From positions 62,068,347-62,132,346 of the forward strand of contig VSWD01000008.1 in assembly GCA_033119305.1 (NCBI GenBank): 64,000 bases of DNA. The letters run 5' to 3'. The translations under genes were made by a program, and so were the position numbers. Of this stretch, positions 11,619 through 24,193 are shown piece after piece. The notes under the pieces are model-generated. The model was not told the origin of the DNA. It saw only the letters and a program-made list of their open reading frames with translations, and made no database searches. This DNA is from Pinctada imbricata. Lineage: Eukaryota. The stretch's first letter is position 1, and every line of letters begins with the position of its first letter.

Positions 11619-11711
11619 CTACTTGACTTTGGTGGAGCTAGTCATGTAGTTTATCTTCAAGTCTTTGACCAGCGACAAGTGATCAAGACGACGTACTTTG
11701 GCTTCCAATGC
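11619..11711 (-). CDS. Terminal coding exon of SPEF1-like paralogue A: ALEAKVRRLDHLSLVKDLKINYMTSSTKVK*. It follows a tatttcag acceptor. The C-terminal coiled-coil motif is diverged
   Basis: Paralogous to the exons at 19762, 20004, 60640 and 61109. Human SPEF1 C-terminus ..VLQMKVRRLEHLLQLKNVRIEDL recalled from memory. Confidence 0.5.
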   Translation of the reverse strand, partial: ALEAKVRRLDHLSLVKDLKINYMTSSTKVK

Positions 11712-12005
11712 CTGAAATATAAGATAGATACATTATGGTGTGTCCCGGTTACTTTACGTATCACAGCAGTATATTCCTACTCCTTCCGGAAACCTTACTT
11801 TGGAAAGGTACGAGGAACTCTTATTAGCCGATACAGGAATGACTTCAGCTTTTCATGTCGCCCCGAATTAATAAAGTAACATTCGTTTTGTTAATAAATA
11901 TTCCTCTCCAAACATATTTTCCGCCTTCACTGCAGTGACTACTTATAAAGTAGTATTAAATACCTAAAGTCTCTAAGGGAAAGTCAACTTCTGAAAGAAA
12001 CTGAC

Positions 12006-12157
12006 CTCTATGACATCATCTTTGGATTCAGAACTCTGGACCATATTTTTGTACATGACCGCCTCTACATTGTCGCCGTTGTGTTGTTCCATGGGGTGTC
12101 CCCCGTTACCATGTGTATGGTATGACGGCAGTGCTCTGCTGCTGCTGCTGGAACCTG
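12006..12157 (-). CDS. Penultimate exon of paralogue A (..GSSSSSRALPSYHTHGNGGHPMEQHNGDNVEAVMYKNMVQSSESKDDVIE), ending at a GAG|GTCAGT donor at 12006. The acceptor position is uncertain
   Basis: The open frame joins in phase to the terminal exon (..KDDVIE|ALEAKV..). Parallels ..AKDDTIR|MLNAKI (62525) and ..KDETIK|ILEAKV (21885). Confidence 0.4.
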
Positions 12158-13020
12158 CTAGAGTTTTGCAAAACAAAGAGGCTCTCAAAATTAGCATGAT
12201 GATTATATGTGCGTTTCATATCACACCGGATTAACATCGTTTGAAATTCTTATACCAGATGAAAGTTTAAATCAAGTCTACGGGAAGAGTTATAACATGT
12301 ACCGTTCATTTCCTGGGAAAATGTTGCGAAAGATCACCCTTTATATTCTATTATGCAAATTGGTCAATTTGAAAGTTTTCAGCATAAATTATTTTTATTA
12401 ACAAAAAAATTAAGTTTTAGTTTACAAATATGTCTTCAGGAGATGCAATCTACTATTAATTAATTAAAATTTAACTCTATGCTAAGCTAAGAGAATATTA
12501 ATTCACCTCATGTTTCTGGTTTAGAAAACAACAAAACAAAACAAACATCAAACAGTCAAAAGAAAGAACTTATAAGTTCGCATTCTATATACATGTAATT
12601 TGTCGAAAAGCATATGAACCCCTTGAGTGAATCGTCTAGATCGCCTTTTATATCGCCATGACAAAACTCGAGACATGTGAATATGAAATAGACAATTACC
12701 AAGAAGTATGTGGTACCTAATCCAGCTTACTAGTACTATATCTCTATCTTTCCAGGTTATTTCCACAGGAGCTCGATGCCAACAACCCTCAATGACACCC
12801 CCTTTCCCATCTCTCTCTAGTCAAAGTTATATAAGGAAAAGTAGGGCGGATATTCTTGTGGATCATTGGCATCGAGCTCCTGAGACTATTTCAAATAAAG
12901 AGGAACTTTACAGTTTCTGGATCAGAACGCTCGATAAATACAGGAAGGAGCATAACTGATGGTACATGGTTTGTTGAAATGCGCAAATACATGTATGATG
13001 CACTATAAAATTTGTAATCT

Positions 13021-14270
13021 TTTGGTATCTGTGATAAAACTTTATCTCGGTGTTACTCGTACTTGCAAGATAGATCACAATGTGTGATGTGGAAAGGTGT
13101 TCTATCTGAGCAAAGAGAGGTTTCTATTGGAGTCCCGCAGGGCTCGATTTTAGGGCCTTTGTTTTTCATTTTATTTGTTAACGACTACCCCAATGTCTTC
13201 AACTCTTCCGTTACAATATATGCTGACGACACCACACAAGGTGTCACTGACAAATCATTAGATGTTATAGAATGTAAGTTAAAAGAAGATTTATTAAACA
13301 GTGTGAAATGGATGAGGGATAACAAACTTACAATGAATCTAAAGAAAACACAATGTCTTTTAATTGGAACATCACAGAAATTGTTAAAATGTAGAGAGTT
13401 ATGTGTTAAAGTTGGAGAAACTGTGATAGAAAATGTGAAATGTGCAAAACTTTTAGGTGTTTATATTGATGAATGTCTTACTTGGTCCTATCATACAGAT
13501 GTTTTATACAAGAAATTAAGCCAACAAATAGGTGTTTTAAAGAGGCTAAGTACTTTTATGTCCAAAACGGCATTACTCAGAATGTATAATTCTATAGTTT
13601 TTCCACATTTTAATTATTGTTGTACTGTGTGGCATAATGCAAAGAACAAGACACACATAGAAAAGCTTTTTAGATTGCAGAAGAGGGCAGCAAGAATCAT
13701 TTTAGATATAAAAATACCTAGGTCTGTGTCAACATCTAGTTTGTTTGAACATCTTAAATGGATGCCTCTGTCTGATTACTTTATTTATAGAGAGTCTATT
13801 CTTGTTTTTAAAGTTTTACATGGGCTCACACCTGAATATTTGAATGTTTTTAGCTTTGTAAATGAAATACATACAAGAAACACAAGACAGAGAGCAGTAA
13901 ATCTTATTTATGTCAAGAGAGCAAGAACAGAATATTTTAGAAGATCTTTTATCATTTCGGGTGCATCTTTATGGAACTCTTTGCCTGATTTTATTAGAAA
14001 CTCTACAACATTGTCATCTTTTAAAAACGGGTATCTGAAGCATTACTTTGACTCCTAAATTATTACATGGATATTGATGTTGTTTTACAGGTATGTATTT
14101 TTGTAAATGAACTGTGATATTTAGGTTTTATTTCATTAAGGTGATACAATGGACTTAATTTACTTAATATGTACATATTTTTAAGACAGGACCACATTGT
14201 AAACTAGTTCATTTTATAGCTAGATGTGCTATCCTGTATAAATAAAGGAAACAATTAAAAAAATAATAAT
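13021..14270 (+). mobile_element. 5'-truncated non-LTR retrotransposon (LINE), CR1/L2-like. It carries the RT C-terminal half plus the downstream conserved domain, a 3' UTR and an A-rich tail (aataaaggaaacaattaaaaaaataataat)
   Basis: RT motifs GVPQGSILGPLFF and YADDT. Downstream LRMYNSIVFPHFNYCCTVW...LQKRAARII is typical of CR1/L2/Jockey-group elements. Upstream frames are broken. Confidence 0.7.
13063..14058 (+). CDS. Reverse transcriptase ORF fragment (331 aa) of the LINE above
   Basis: Supplied ORF; the PQG..LGP and YADD boxes are read in the translation. Confidence 0.75.
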   Translation: MQDRSQCVMWKGVLSEQREVSIGVPQGSILGPLFFILFVNDYPNVFNSSVTIYADDTTQGVTDKSLDVIECKLKEDLLNSVKWMRDNKLTMNLKKTQCLLIGTSQKLLKCRELCVKVGETVIENVKCAKLLGVYIDECLTWSYHTDVLYKKLSQQIGVLKRLSTFMSKTALLRMYNSIVFPHFNYCCTVWHNAKNKTHIEKLFRLQKRAARIILDIKIPRSVSTSSLFEHLKWMPLSDYFIYRESILVFKVLHGLTPEYLNVFSFVNEIHTRNTRQRAVNLIYVKRARTEYFRRSFIISGASLWNSLPDFIRNSTTLSSFKNGYLKHYFDS

Positions 14271-14649
14271 TACGATAGAACATATATTTCAACATTGATT
14301 TTCAGCCACTACGGGCACTATTTTGGTATCTCGTTAGCCTCCGAAGATATCGTTCGCTTATAGTTTTACTGTTATGTGTATTTGCACTGACTTGAAATAT
14401 ACATGATTGTATCTGTCAATTTCCTGATACTTTTAAAATTGTTATCTTTCTGAAACTAAGACCATACCAAATTAATTAAAATTTAATGTTCTTTGGATTT
14501 TTGTCAAAATTCAAAAAATTACATGAAAATCTGTCCTTCTGAATCATCCCCCCCCCCAAATGCTACCGCACAAAAACAAAATAGAAAAGGAGAGTAGAGT
14601 TATTCATTTATTGAACTAAATTCTGTATGAATGGGTGTACTCTATTGAT

Positions 14650-15145
14650 ACCCCAAAACATATGCACTCACGCAGAAATTATAGGTCATGAACGTAGATT
14701 TGCGATCTACTCATAAAGACGCATCATCTGTGCAAATTTGACCCTCCTAGCACTTGTAATAGAGAAATAAAACTTCTTAACATTGATACCCAAATCTTCC
14801 TAACATGTTCACATCAAGCAGAAAATGTAGGTAATGACCTAAATTTGAACGTAGATTTGTGATCTACTCATACAGATTCATCATCTGTGCAAGTTTGGCC
14901 TTCCTAGCACTTGTCTTTTTCTGACTTTAAATTTTGAGAAATCTTCATGTTCTTTTCTCAAAATTTAAATAAAGGAATAAAACTTCTTAACATTGATACC
15001 AAAATCTTCCTACATGTACCCTAAAGTGGAAAATGTAGGTCATGACCTTTATTTGAATGTAGATTTGTGATCTACTCATAAAGACGCACATCACCTGTGC
15101 AAGTTTGACCTTCCTAGCACTTATAATAGAGAAATAAAACATATT
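14650..15145 (+). repeat. ~180-bp satellite, ~2.7 copies (aaatgtaggtcatgacc...gtagatttgtgatctactcataaagacgcatcatctgtgcaagtttgaccttcctagcactt). Related to satellites A/B of F1
   Basis: Three copies read directly; shares the aaatgtaggtca and tgcaagtttg..tagcac motifs. Confidence 0.7.
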
Positions 15146-17710
15146 AGGTTATGTTTACAATTTCGCTCTCCATATAATCACTACTTGGATTTCCATTCAG
15201 TCTCGAGAATCACTGATGATACATTTTTTATAGAATGCACATATGGTACATTAAATTACTACTATAGAATATACATATCAATATGATAAACTAATCTGAC
15301 AATGAGAACTCTTGTCTGGCGAAGAAAACACAATATACAAACTTCCTTCCGGTCAAAATCACAATTTTTCAATTTTGGTCGAGAAGTTCGAGTATTTGCT
15401 TCTTGAAAGGTTTGCTGAAATTTTGCTAACTGCAATAGCGTCGGTCAAGAAGAATCTGGTTTGATGGATATTGTAGCAGAAGTATCGGAGTACTTGTCTT
15501 CTGCAGATACGGGTAGTAAACTCTGGGCGGCCGTGAATGATTGTTAGAAAACTTAATTTGGGACATTAATTGTTGCTTGGACCCCTTGTGTTATGCTGTC
15601 TTGTTTGTATGGTCACTTTACACCACTATTGTGCGTTCTTCGAGACATATGGATAACTCGAAAAGTGGGAAGGTTGTGCACACGTAATCCGGATAACCTA
15701 CATCATTTGCTACCGGCGTAGCAGATGGCCATCCTAAGTCGGTACCGGTTGCACATTGGTCTCGATGGTTTATGTACAGAACATGCTTCAATAGTGCGAT
15801 CAACACAAACCACAGATTTGGGTATAAACAAGATACATAGGCCAATTATTCAGAATATATTTCTGGTCTGGTAGCATATAAGTACGAAGTGACTTCTGTA
15901 GCATATAAGTACGAAGTGACTTTCTGGGTTCCAAATTCTCAACTTTTTGTCTATGCATCGTGATATCATTTTAGGTTTGATATCATTAAGTGCAGTAGTT
16001 AAAAGGTAGCGGAAAACAAATGCTTGATTAATGTTTTGTGTTTGTTACCAAAAGAAATTTCAAGAGGAAAACAAATGAAAATTCAAAGCTTATTATTGAA
16101 CAGCTGTAAGTTATAGACATGAACGCACAAAGACAACCCCCATTTAGAATCACTAGACTACGTGTAAACCAATTACTGCTTGAAAAAAAAGTTGTCAAAA
16201 AAGCGAGTTCTAAAACAAGAAAATACAAAAGTGCAGCATCCCCTTGCATACCATTTGTATTCATATATGTAATAATACTCAATAAGCCTTCAACTTAAAA
16301 GCCAATATAATTTTCTAATGACCCTTTGACTCGTGACCTTCAAAATAGTGTTATTGTAGTGTTAAATACAAGTTCTGTTGGAAAATACACAAACTTGAGT
16401 GTATAATATGATCTTGGCAAATTCCAAACTCTAATGACCTAAAAAAATCCATAGGATTCTGCTTTTATATGAGAACCCATAACTATAAAAAGTTCAAAGA
16501 ATTTCATTCAATGTTCCGTCTAGGAGCATATTAAAGACTTCTCCTTGATAGGTTCTTATTGATGGCATTGACTTTTTTAGTCCACGATCTTGAATATCAA
16601 AGGTATTCTTTCTTGTACCATAATTGATTACATTTTTTATGAAATTTATAGAAAATGTGCCCTCTAGAATGTATACAAAGATTTTGATATGAAGTCCCAT
16701 CTTTGATGACCTTTACCCCCGTAACAATCAATAAAGTTCTGATGAAAAAATATGCCCTCAAGAGTGATTACCAGATTTTGAAAAATTCTAAATTATGACC
16801 TTGCCCGTTGACATTAGTTTTCCAATACATCATAACCATTTCTGACAAAGTTCTGATGATAAACATGCCTCCTCCAATGTATATACAAGGACTTTGACTA
16901 ATCACCATCATGGTCGACCAGTTTAATGAATGAAGTTCTATTGAAAATGTGACCTCCAGAATTTTGGTGAAGTCCATTCTGCGACCTTGCTCTATGACCT
17001 TGAAAAGCAAATTCCTTTCCAGGGTGGTTTCTCAGGTTCATATTAGTCTGAACAATTCTGATAATAAAAATTTCTCCCAAGACTGTCCAAAAGAAAGTGT
17101 AATACACACATCAACTCATGGCACACATCAAATTTCGTATGAACAATGGCTAAGTTACCATATTACCCTGTACATGTACATATATATTTTGCTATTATTT
17201 TCAAAATAGAAGATCCCTCTTGACCAGTCATTTAGTCTAAGCTTTTCCCATAGAGATTCACCAGTACATAACCTTGTTGTTTGGCCTTGAAAACTCAAGT
17301 GCTATTGTGATCCTTTGGACAATTCTGCTATACAAAGATTACATGAAGACAATAAGACTAACAGTGTCCTATTGTTAAATTGGTATATTCATACCAATAA
17401 TGATAAAAGCATATGCGTAAAAAAAAAATGTATATACAGTTGTATATAGAAAAAGGGGTAGGGCCACAAAGCCGGATACGTTGGCCCTATTTTTGAACAT
17501 TGTACTTCAGGAATATCTATTTGTGATTTGACACTTTTATACATTCTCTACTGAATATTGAATCTATATTTTGTAAACAATTTGTTTATCATTCGCATTT
17601 AGTCCTCTGAAAACACCAAAACCTGCAATATTCTGGAAATTGTTGAAAAATCTATTATTTTTCAATAAAATCAGCAGTGGTTGCATGCTTTAACTAACTT
17701 AAAACATAAG

Positions 17711-18531
17711 GTAATCAAAGATGACAGCGCTTACCTCGAAGGCATCATTGTCCCATGACCAGCATCTATACCTACATTGCACAAAGTATTTCCAGATGCA
17801 TCATCCACATAAGTTTGGTTGATAAAAAATTCAAAGAAGGCTGGAAATGAAGATTCTAATTTTACCATACCTGGCAAATCAAGTGTGAAATATTGGTCAG
17901 ATGCAGCATCTGTACAGTGCATTGCAGTAAGCATCCTCAGATACATCACCAACACAAGTTTTTTTTTATTGATCTAGGATTTAAAATAGGCTGGAAATGG
18001 ACCTGTCCCATTTTACTTAACCTGATTGCTCAAGCATGGAATGTGGACAAGTGCAGCATCTGTACCATGAATTGCATTAAGCATCCTCAGATGCATCATC
18101 AATGCAAATTTGGTTGATGTACTCGACTTATAGTAAGACTGGAATGGACCTGCCCCATTTTACCTAACCTGCTCACTCAAGCATGAAATGTAGGTCAGAT
18201 GCAGCCTCTGTACCACGCAGTGTTATAAGCATCCTCAGATGCATCATCCATGCAAGTTTGGTTGATGTAGGACTTATAGTAAGGCTGGAATGGACCTGTC
18301 AACTTTTACCTACCCTGCTCTCTCAAACATGAAATGTAGGTCAGATGCAGCCTCCGTACCATGCTTTGTTGTAAGCACCCTCAGATACATCATTCATGCA
18401 AGTTTGGTTGATGTAGGACCTATAGTTTGGCGGGAATGGACCTGTCCCGTTTTGCTTAACCTATGTTGCAGATGCCGACGACAGGCGATAGCATAAGCCT
18501 CCCTCTACTTTGCGAGGTGAGCTAAAATTAT
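17711..18531 (+). mobile_element. Family F1 element: 5' gtaatcaaagatgacagcgcttacctcg, ~6 copies of a 124-bp satellite (17760-18470), a short GACGAC microsatellite, a 3' hairpin and gagctaaaattat
   Basis: Termini match the element at 241-1684. The satellite is related to satellite B (aaatgtaggtcagatgcagc...catgcaagtttggttgatgtag). Confidence 0.65.
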
Positions 18532-19648
18532 ATGTAAAAGATTATCACTGTATCTTCTTGTTATAAAAGTTTTATCTTAACGCATGTGACCAAATCAAAT
18601 TCTTACTCAAAATGCAAATTTTCCAGCAATTTTTGCCACCTTTTGTCAATAACGTCACTTGATGATGTCATAATACTTCCAATCATGCTTAGTTGGGTGA
18701 TTTGTTCTTTTCATTAAAAGAGGGAAACATTCATGAATTTTCATGAGAGATACAATTATCAAGAATTTTTTATCATATTAAAGTTCAACGAAAATTGTAG
18801 GGCCGATTTAGGGGTCTTGTGACCCTACCCCTTTGTTATGCTCTTCTATGCATAAATCTAAAGAAACACAAAGCAGATTAATTGAATGATAAATTCCTTA
18901 TATTTTCTGAGTATATACAGAGACATGAAAACATAAATATAAAATTCTCAACAAGAAAATGAATAAAATGGTCCCTGCTCAATAAATAATTTCAATATAT
19001 ACAATATTTAAAAGGACGGAACACATCGGAACCAGCTCAGATTTAAACGGATACATTACATCTAATTCATTGTATACAATACTAATATGATAATTGTGAA
19101 AATAACAACCATGTAAAAGCCATTCAAATGAGGACAATGGACGGAAACATGATTCCTGCGACACTGAAAAATAATCTGTTTGTACAAATGTCAGGAAAAA
19201 GGGTAAGAATACCATTATAATATAACTAAAATTTGACAACACATAGTTTCTACTGAACCAGCAGATTTTTGTTTATCTTTACAAGAGTAAACAAGCAGAA
19301 GACTTGTAAATGAAACAAGATATACTTTAGTAATGCAGATAAATTAGGTGGAATGTTACAAGAATCTTTGGTGTAATGCTGAAAATGACAAAAAATATAT
19401 AAACAAAAATCATTGTTAAATCATGAAATTTGATTTTTTTTAAGTAAGCTTCAAAATTTCCAATATCATGTAGTAACAAAGCTGTGAATACACTGGCTCC
19501 TAGTGGAATATACTCTTATTGCAGTGAAGAGATATTAGTTAAGCTCAAAAACGGCTTAAAAATGTGCACTGTGTAATTGTCCAAGCACAGTCACAATATC
19601 TATACATCGATACTAGATACAGTACTAGAATAGACTCAGTGAGAATAA

Positions 19649-19762
19649 TTACTTCCTGTAACCAGTCGGCCTGTTATATTCCACTTGCTTTTGTAAATCA
19701 TCTATACGAAGGTCCTTTAAGTGTAGCAAATGTTCCAATCTGTTCACTTTGGCTTCTAAAAT
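19649..19762 (-). CDS. SPEF1: SPEF1-like gene B, downstream alternative terminal exon: ILEAKVNRLEHLLHLKDLRIDDLQKQVEYNRPTGYRK*. It follows an atttcag acceptor
   Basis: 38 codons. Matches the human SPEF1 C-terminal coiled coil (..QMKVRRLEHLLQLKNVRIEDLSRRLQ.., from memory). Tandem paralogue of 19891-20004. Confidence 0.55.
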   Translation of the reverse strand: MLEAKVNRLEHLLHLKDLRIDDLQKQVEYNRPTGYRK

Positions 19763-19890
19763 CTGAAATTATAAGCAAGGAAAACTTCTGTTTATCTTGA
19801 TTATCGCACCTTTCCTAATAGATCCTAACAATACAGAACTTTATGTCAGAAGTGCTGTAGGAATTTTGTCTAGTTAGCACAAACACTATT

Positions 19891-20004
19891 CTAACGTCGA
19901 AATCCCGTTGGTCGCATTTCTTCGACACGATTTTGTAGATCGTCTATCCTCATGTCTTTAAGATGAATAAGGTGCTCCAGTCGGTTACATTTTGCTTGTA
20001 AAAT
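19891..20004 (-). CDS. SPEF1: SPEF1-like gene B, upstream alternative terminal exon: ILQAKCNRLEHLIHLKDMRIDDLQNRVEEMRPTGFRR*. It follows a ctttcag acceptor
   Basis: 38 codons. In phase with exon 22011-21885 (..DETIK|ILQAKC..). Confidence 0.6.
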   Translation of the reverse strand: MLQAKCNRLEHLIHLKDMRIDDLQNRVEEMRPTGFRR

Positions 20005-20699
20005 CTGAAAGAAATGACAAGTTTGGAAGGAATGAAAGTATGTGATACTTGTTATTGAGGAAAAAAGAGTGACACTTTAAGTGTTATACATGTATTTGTA
20101 TATAAGATACTATATTCATTTTAAAGAAATATTATGCTTAGAATCCCTTCTCCAAAAGAATGTATCCAAATTGTCAGGAAAACAAGAGAAATTCTAACAC
20201 TGCCAGATGTGTCAATTAGGATTTATTTGTTACAACTTTAAACTAAGAATAATTACAAATTCCAGAAACGGAAAATTACTCAAAACTCATTGTTTATGTT
20301 CAAACATTTTTAAAGAAAATTAACAGTACAAAACCATGTGCCCCCAAATTTCTTATACAATATAAGTACATGTATATCTTATATTAAATGGGGGCATGAA
20401 AATATAATGTAACACCTTAAATGTGGGCATGAAAATATAACATAACACCTTCAATACATGTATAATATTGTATATTGCTTTAAATACAACAAACAAAAAT
20501 GTATCCTTTCACCTATCACTTACAACTTATACCAATGTGAGTATCAAAGTGAGAAAGTACATGAGGCCCTTTCCCCAAAAGCCTTTATGAAATAAATACT
20601 AGCCTCAAATTAGAAGATAAAGAAGCTCATTGAATTTTAATTTTCTGATTTAGTACAATTTTCTGTATCTTTAAAAATAAATCCTCTCGAAGTTTTCAA

Positions 20700-21240
20700 T
20701 ATTTAGTATGAGACCAAGGTCAAGGTAACAAAGTCAACAATCATGGTGCCAAATGAAAGCTATTGTCAAAAGGAATCCTGGTGGGAAAGATCAAAACTCT
20801 ATTCCCTTATGGTTCATATTAACCCAGATTATTTTATTTATAGAGTTGGCAAAGTCCAAGGTCAAAGGTCATGGTGTCAAACAAAAGCTCTTGTCACAAG
20901 AAACTTGTATGAAACATCAAAGCCCCGTCCCTTATATTTCAAGAGATATATAAAACATCAAAGCCCCCCCCCCTCCTCTAAATCATCCCGTCCCTTATAG
21001 TTCAAGAGATATACATACAGCTTGAGTTAAAGTTTCTAAAAGTATGTCAAAGGTCAAGGTCATTAGGTCAAATGTCATGAATTCAAATGAATTTTTGTGC
21101 CACAAGGATTTATGTGTAGAATATCACAGCAATATCTTCAATTTTCCCCAGTTATAGGTTTTGTCTATACATCCAATTCGTACTCTAGGGGTGATACTTA
21201 AAGTAAATTCTTTTTGGTGAGCTAAAAAGTTCAAGATAGT
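20700..21240 (+). repeat. Degenerate AGGTCA-satellite copies ending in an F1-type 3' end (ggtgagctaaaaagttc)
   Basis: Diverged units; the terminal motif matches GAGCTAAAAWTT. Confidence 0.4.
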
Positions 21241-21884
21241 GCATTGAAAATGTTAAACGAAACCAGTGAATCTAGAGGATAGATGAAAACAGAAAGCATT
21301 CAAAGGATTGTTGAAACTAGAAAGAGATGGACAAGGTGCTTAATCTTTGTGATATTATGTCTTATTATAGTGCTCTCAAATCACAGATTTAGAAATCTGA
21401 TCAAAAGTCAATGCTAACACACATCTAACAACATCCTGTTTATGGAAACATTATTGGAGTATCTGTCTTCCGTTTAGAACAGTATGTAAGCCGATAGCAT
21501 CTTCCATTATATTGACCCAGTGCACAAGCACATTCAAATAGTATATATAGCACTAGTCAGTCTATTTCTGGCACATACATATATCGATAAACTTGTCTTA
21601 AATGCAAAATTCTTAAAGACTTCTTTGAAATAACTTTACTAGGGCAATTTACTTCGATAATGGTAGATGTATAATATCAGAAACATTAGTATTCTACACT
21701 TTTTTCTCCCCTTGATTTTCTTATTATGAGAACAGTCCATTTGAATTCTTAATCTTGAAAATTAAGTGAAGTCCCAAATGGCAAACATTTTTAAAAGAAT
21801 TCATTTTTCTTCCTTAAGCTTAGAAATACTAAATGTACTTAGTCTATTTATATGATACATAGGAGTATATGGAATTTTACATAC

Positions 21885-22011
21885 TTTGATTGTTTCATCT
21901 TTTGCAAGGTTTTCCTGAGCTTTTTCCTCGAACACTAATCTGGGTACGACATCGGCCTCCATGGGATCTCTGATGGTTCTACCTTTGGTAGGCTCCTGCC
22001 ATAACTCCGGT
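21885..22011 (-). CDS. SPEF1: SPEF1-like gene B internal exon: (R)PELWQEPTKGRTIRDPMEADVVPRLVFEEKAQENLAKDETIK. Acceptor ttttattacttcag; donor AAA|GTATGT
   Basis: Both splice sites are consensus. Aligns to the human SPEF1 pre-coiled-coil segment DPSFVLQIAEKEQELLASQETVQ (memory). Phase 0 exit matches the terminal exons. Confidence 0.6.
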
Positions 22012-22387
22012 CTGAAGTAATAAAAATTCATCATTTACACTTAAAATTATCAAAATTTAAGAACTAATCATATAAGTGATAGTTTTCGAAAAAATTTAAA
22101 CTAAGAGCAATTTAACTCAATAATTTTAAAATCAACAAATAGACATGAAAGATTTTATGATACTCAAATGATTAATGTGCATAATACTGACTTGTGCCTT
22201 TGTGTTTGTTGCTAGTCACCAGAAACACACATGATTGAGCTATTATTCATAAAACACACAAGTTTGCTATATATAGCTTCAAGATAAAAGAACAGTGAAA
22301 AGGGGAATACAATTCATTATGCTTTAGGTTGAACGGGGGATAATGGGGAGAGATATATCATTACTCATATGGAAATGTCAAATGTAG

Positions 22388-22470
22388 ATTTAAGATTAAA
22401 CATGTTTTATTGCGAGAAATCCTTTTGCTTTTTTGCAATAAAACATGTTTAATCTTAAATCATACGGAAA
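22388..22470. repeat. Perfect 27-bp inverted repeat (gatttaagattaaacatgttttattgc ... gcaataaaacatgtttaatcttaaatc) with a 25-nt loop, followed by (ATGGC/ATGACATGGC) repeats
   Basis: Read directly. Confidence 0.6.
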
Positions 22471-24193
22471 TGACATGGCATGGCATGACATGGCAATCAC
22501 ATGACAAAGATCTGATAACAGAAAAGATGTGATGATAAATCCACTATTTGAATATAAATATTCAAATAATATAAAAGTCTATGGACAATTCACAAATGGG
22601 AAATGTGACGAATGGACAGGTGGGCTCTACTGAATGTGGGACTTTTTTTCTGTCTTCTATAATTCTATACACTTAAATGTTGACATACAGTCTGCCAGTT
22701 ATGCTGAATGAGTAAGATATTTCATAATGTATTTTATATAAGAATGTTATAGAACATGCAGTCATTTTTGAAAGAATATACATTTATGAGGAATATGATT
22801 CCGCGAGATTATTTCTTTTTTAGATCTAACATGCTGTATTCAGATCAACTTTATGATCTGTATTCCATGCAAATAATTCTTTTTTTTAATGGTTCGCTAC
22901 TGTACTAACAAGGAGATCAAATAAGCTTTTTCAGTTGAACTTCAGGACAAATCCAAATTTCATACGACTTTTAAAAGAGGAATTTCAGACCCTCTAAATT
23001 CGAACATTTATCAGATAAAAGATCAGTATTTCAAAGCAACAATTTGAAAAAAATAATCTTATACATCATTACTTGGCATACAAATGTATTTCTTGTAAAC
23101 CTTCAATGATGGTACATGTACCATCCAAAACAAGCAGACTTCCAACCTTGAAGCATGAATTATACAACTATTTTGGCATTACCTAAGCCACTGACATTGT
23201 TACCCCTTTTCAAAGCACCAAACAGACTGAGGAAGAAAGGTTTAAAAGTGAAAATGACAATTTTCAAAATCAGAGGACCTACAAAACTCAATTCTAAAAG
23301 CCAAATCCCAGAATACCAGATGAGTATCTAGCACTTCTGCTAAATAATGTTCCAAAGACTTCCTCAAAATATGGCCTAGTTCTGATTATTTGTATTAAGA
23401 CAAATTCATGCTTATGTCTACTAGAAAAGAGAGTAGGTTACAGGTAATGTAAAGGTTAATATAAACTGTAGGGAGGTCAAACAAGGACACAATATCCTGT
23501 CATACAGTAGTACCTTGGCAGATTATTGGTACCGATAATTTCCTTTTGGTTATCTACACCTTGACGGAAAGTTGCCCTGAAAATTGAATTTTCATTAATT
23601 TCAACCAAAAAAAAAAGGATTCATACTTCATGATTTTCAAAAAAATAAAAAGTAACACATGAGACATAATGTTCGCGGTCAAAATGCACAATGTCGTGTT
23701 ATTTTGTTTTGTATGTAAAATGATGCAGCAATGATGTGAATTGGCTTGCACTGAAATTCCATTAAGCTCTTTATTTTGACAGACCTGCAGCCTGTTTCAC
23801 AAAAATTCTCATGAAAAATCTCTGGAATTTTCGTAACTTTTGATTGCTTAGTTTTACTTTATAACTTAAGATTAAGCAAAGTTTTGTTTCTGAATGTATA
23901 TCTAGTATGTAGAAATGATATTCGAAAACATCATACAACATTAATAAACTTTAAAACTTTATTCAATGGAGAAAGTTACGAAAACTCCTGATTTTTTTGT
24001 AAGAACTTTTGTAAAACATGCTGATGCATTGCAACAGTCAAAAGAAGCTAGCAATAAAATCAATTTAGTTCCTAACTGACAATAGTTATGTTAATAGACT
24101 TTTTTTCTAAAACAAATTCTTTTCAACTCAAAATATAATACAGTGTTGTTTAAGATTAAGCACTGCTGGCTGCTTTAAGATTCTTTCTTTATC

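Noticed and set aside
15618-15845. Minus-strand ORF 15618-15845 in a locally CpG-containing region
   Set aside because: No recognisable homology or flanking splice consensus was found. It could be an exon of paralogue A but is unsupported.
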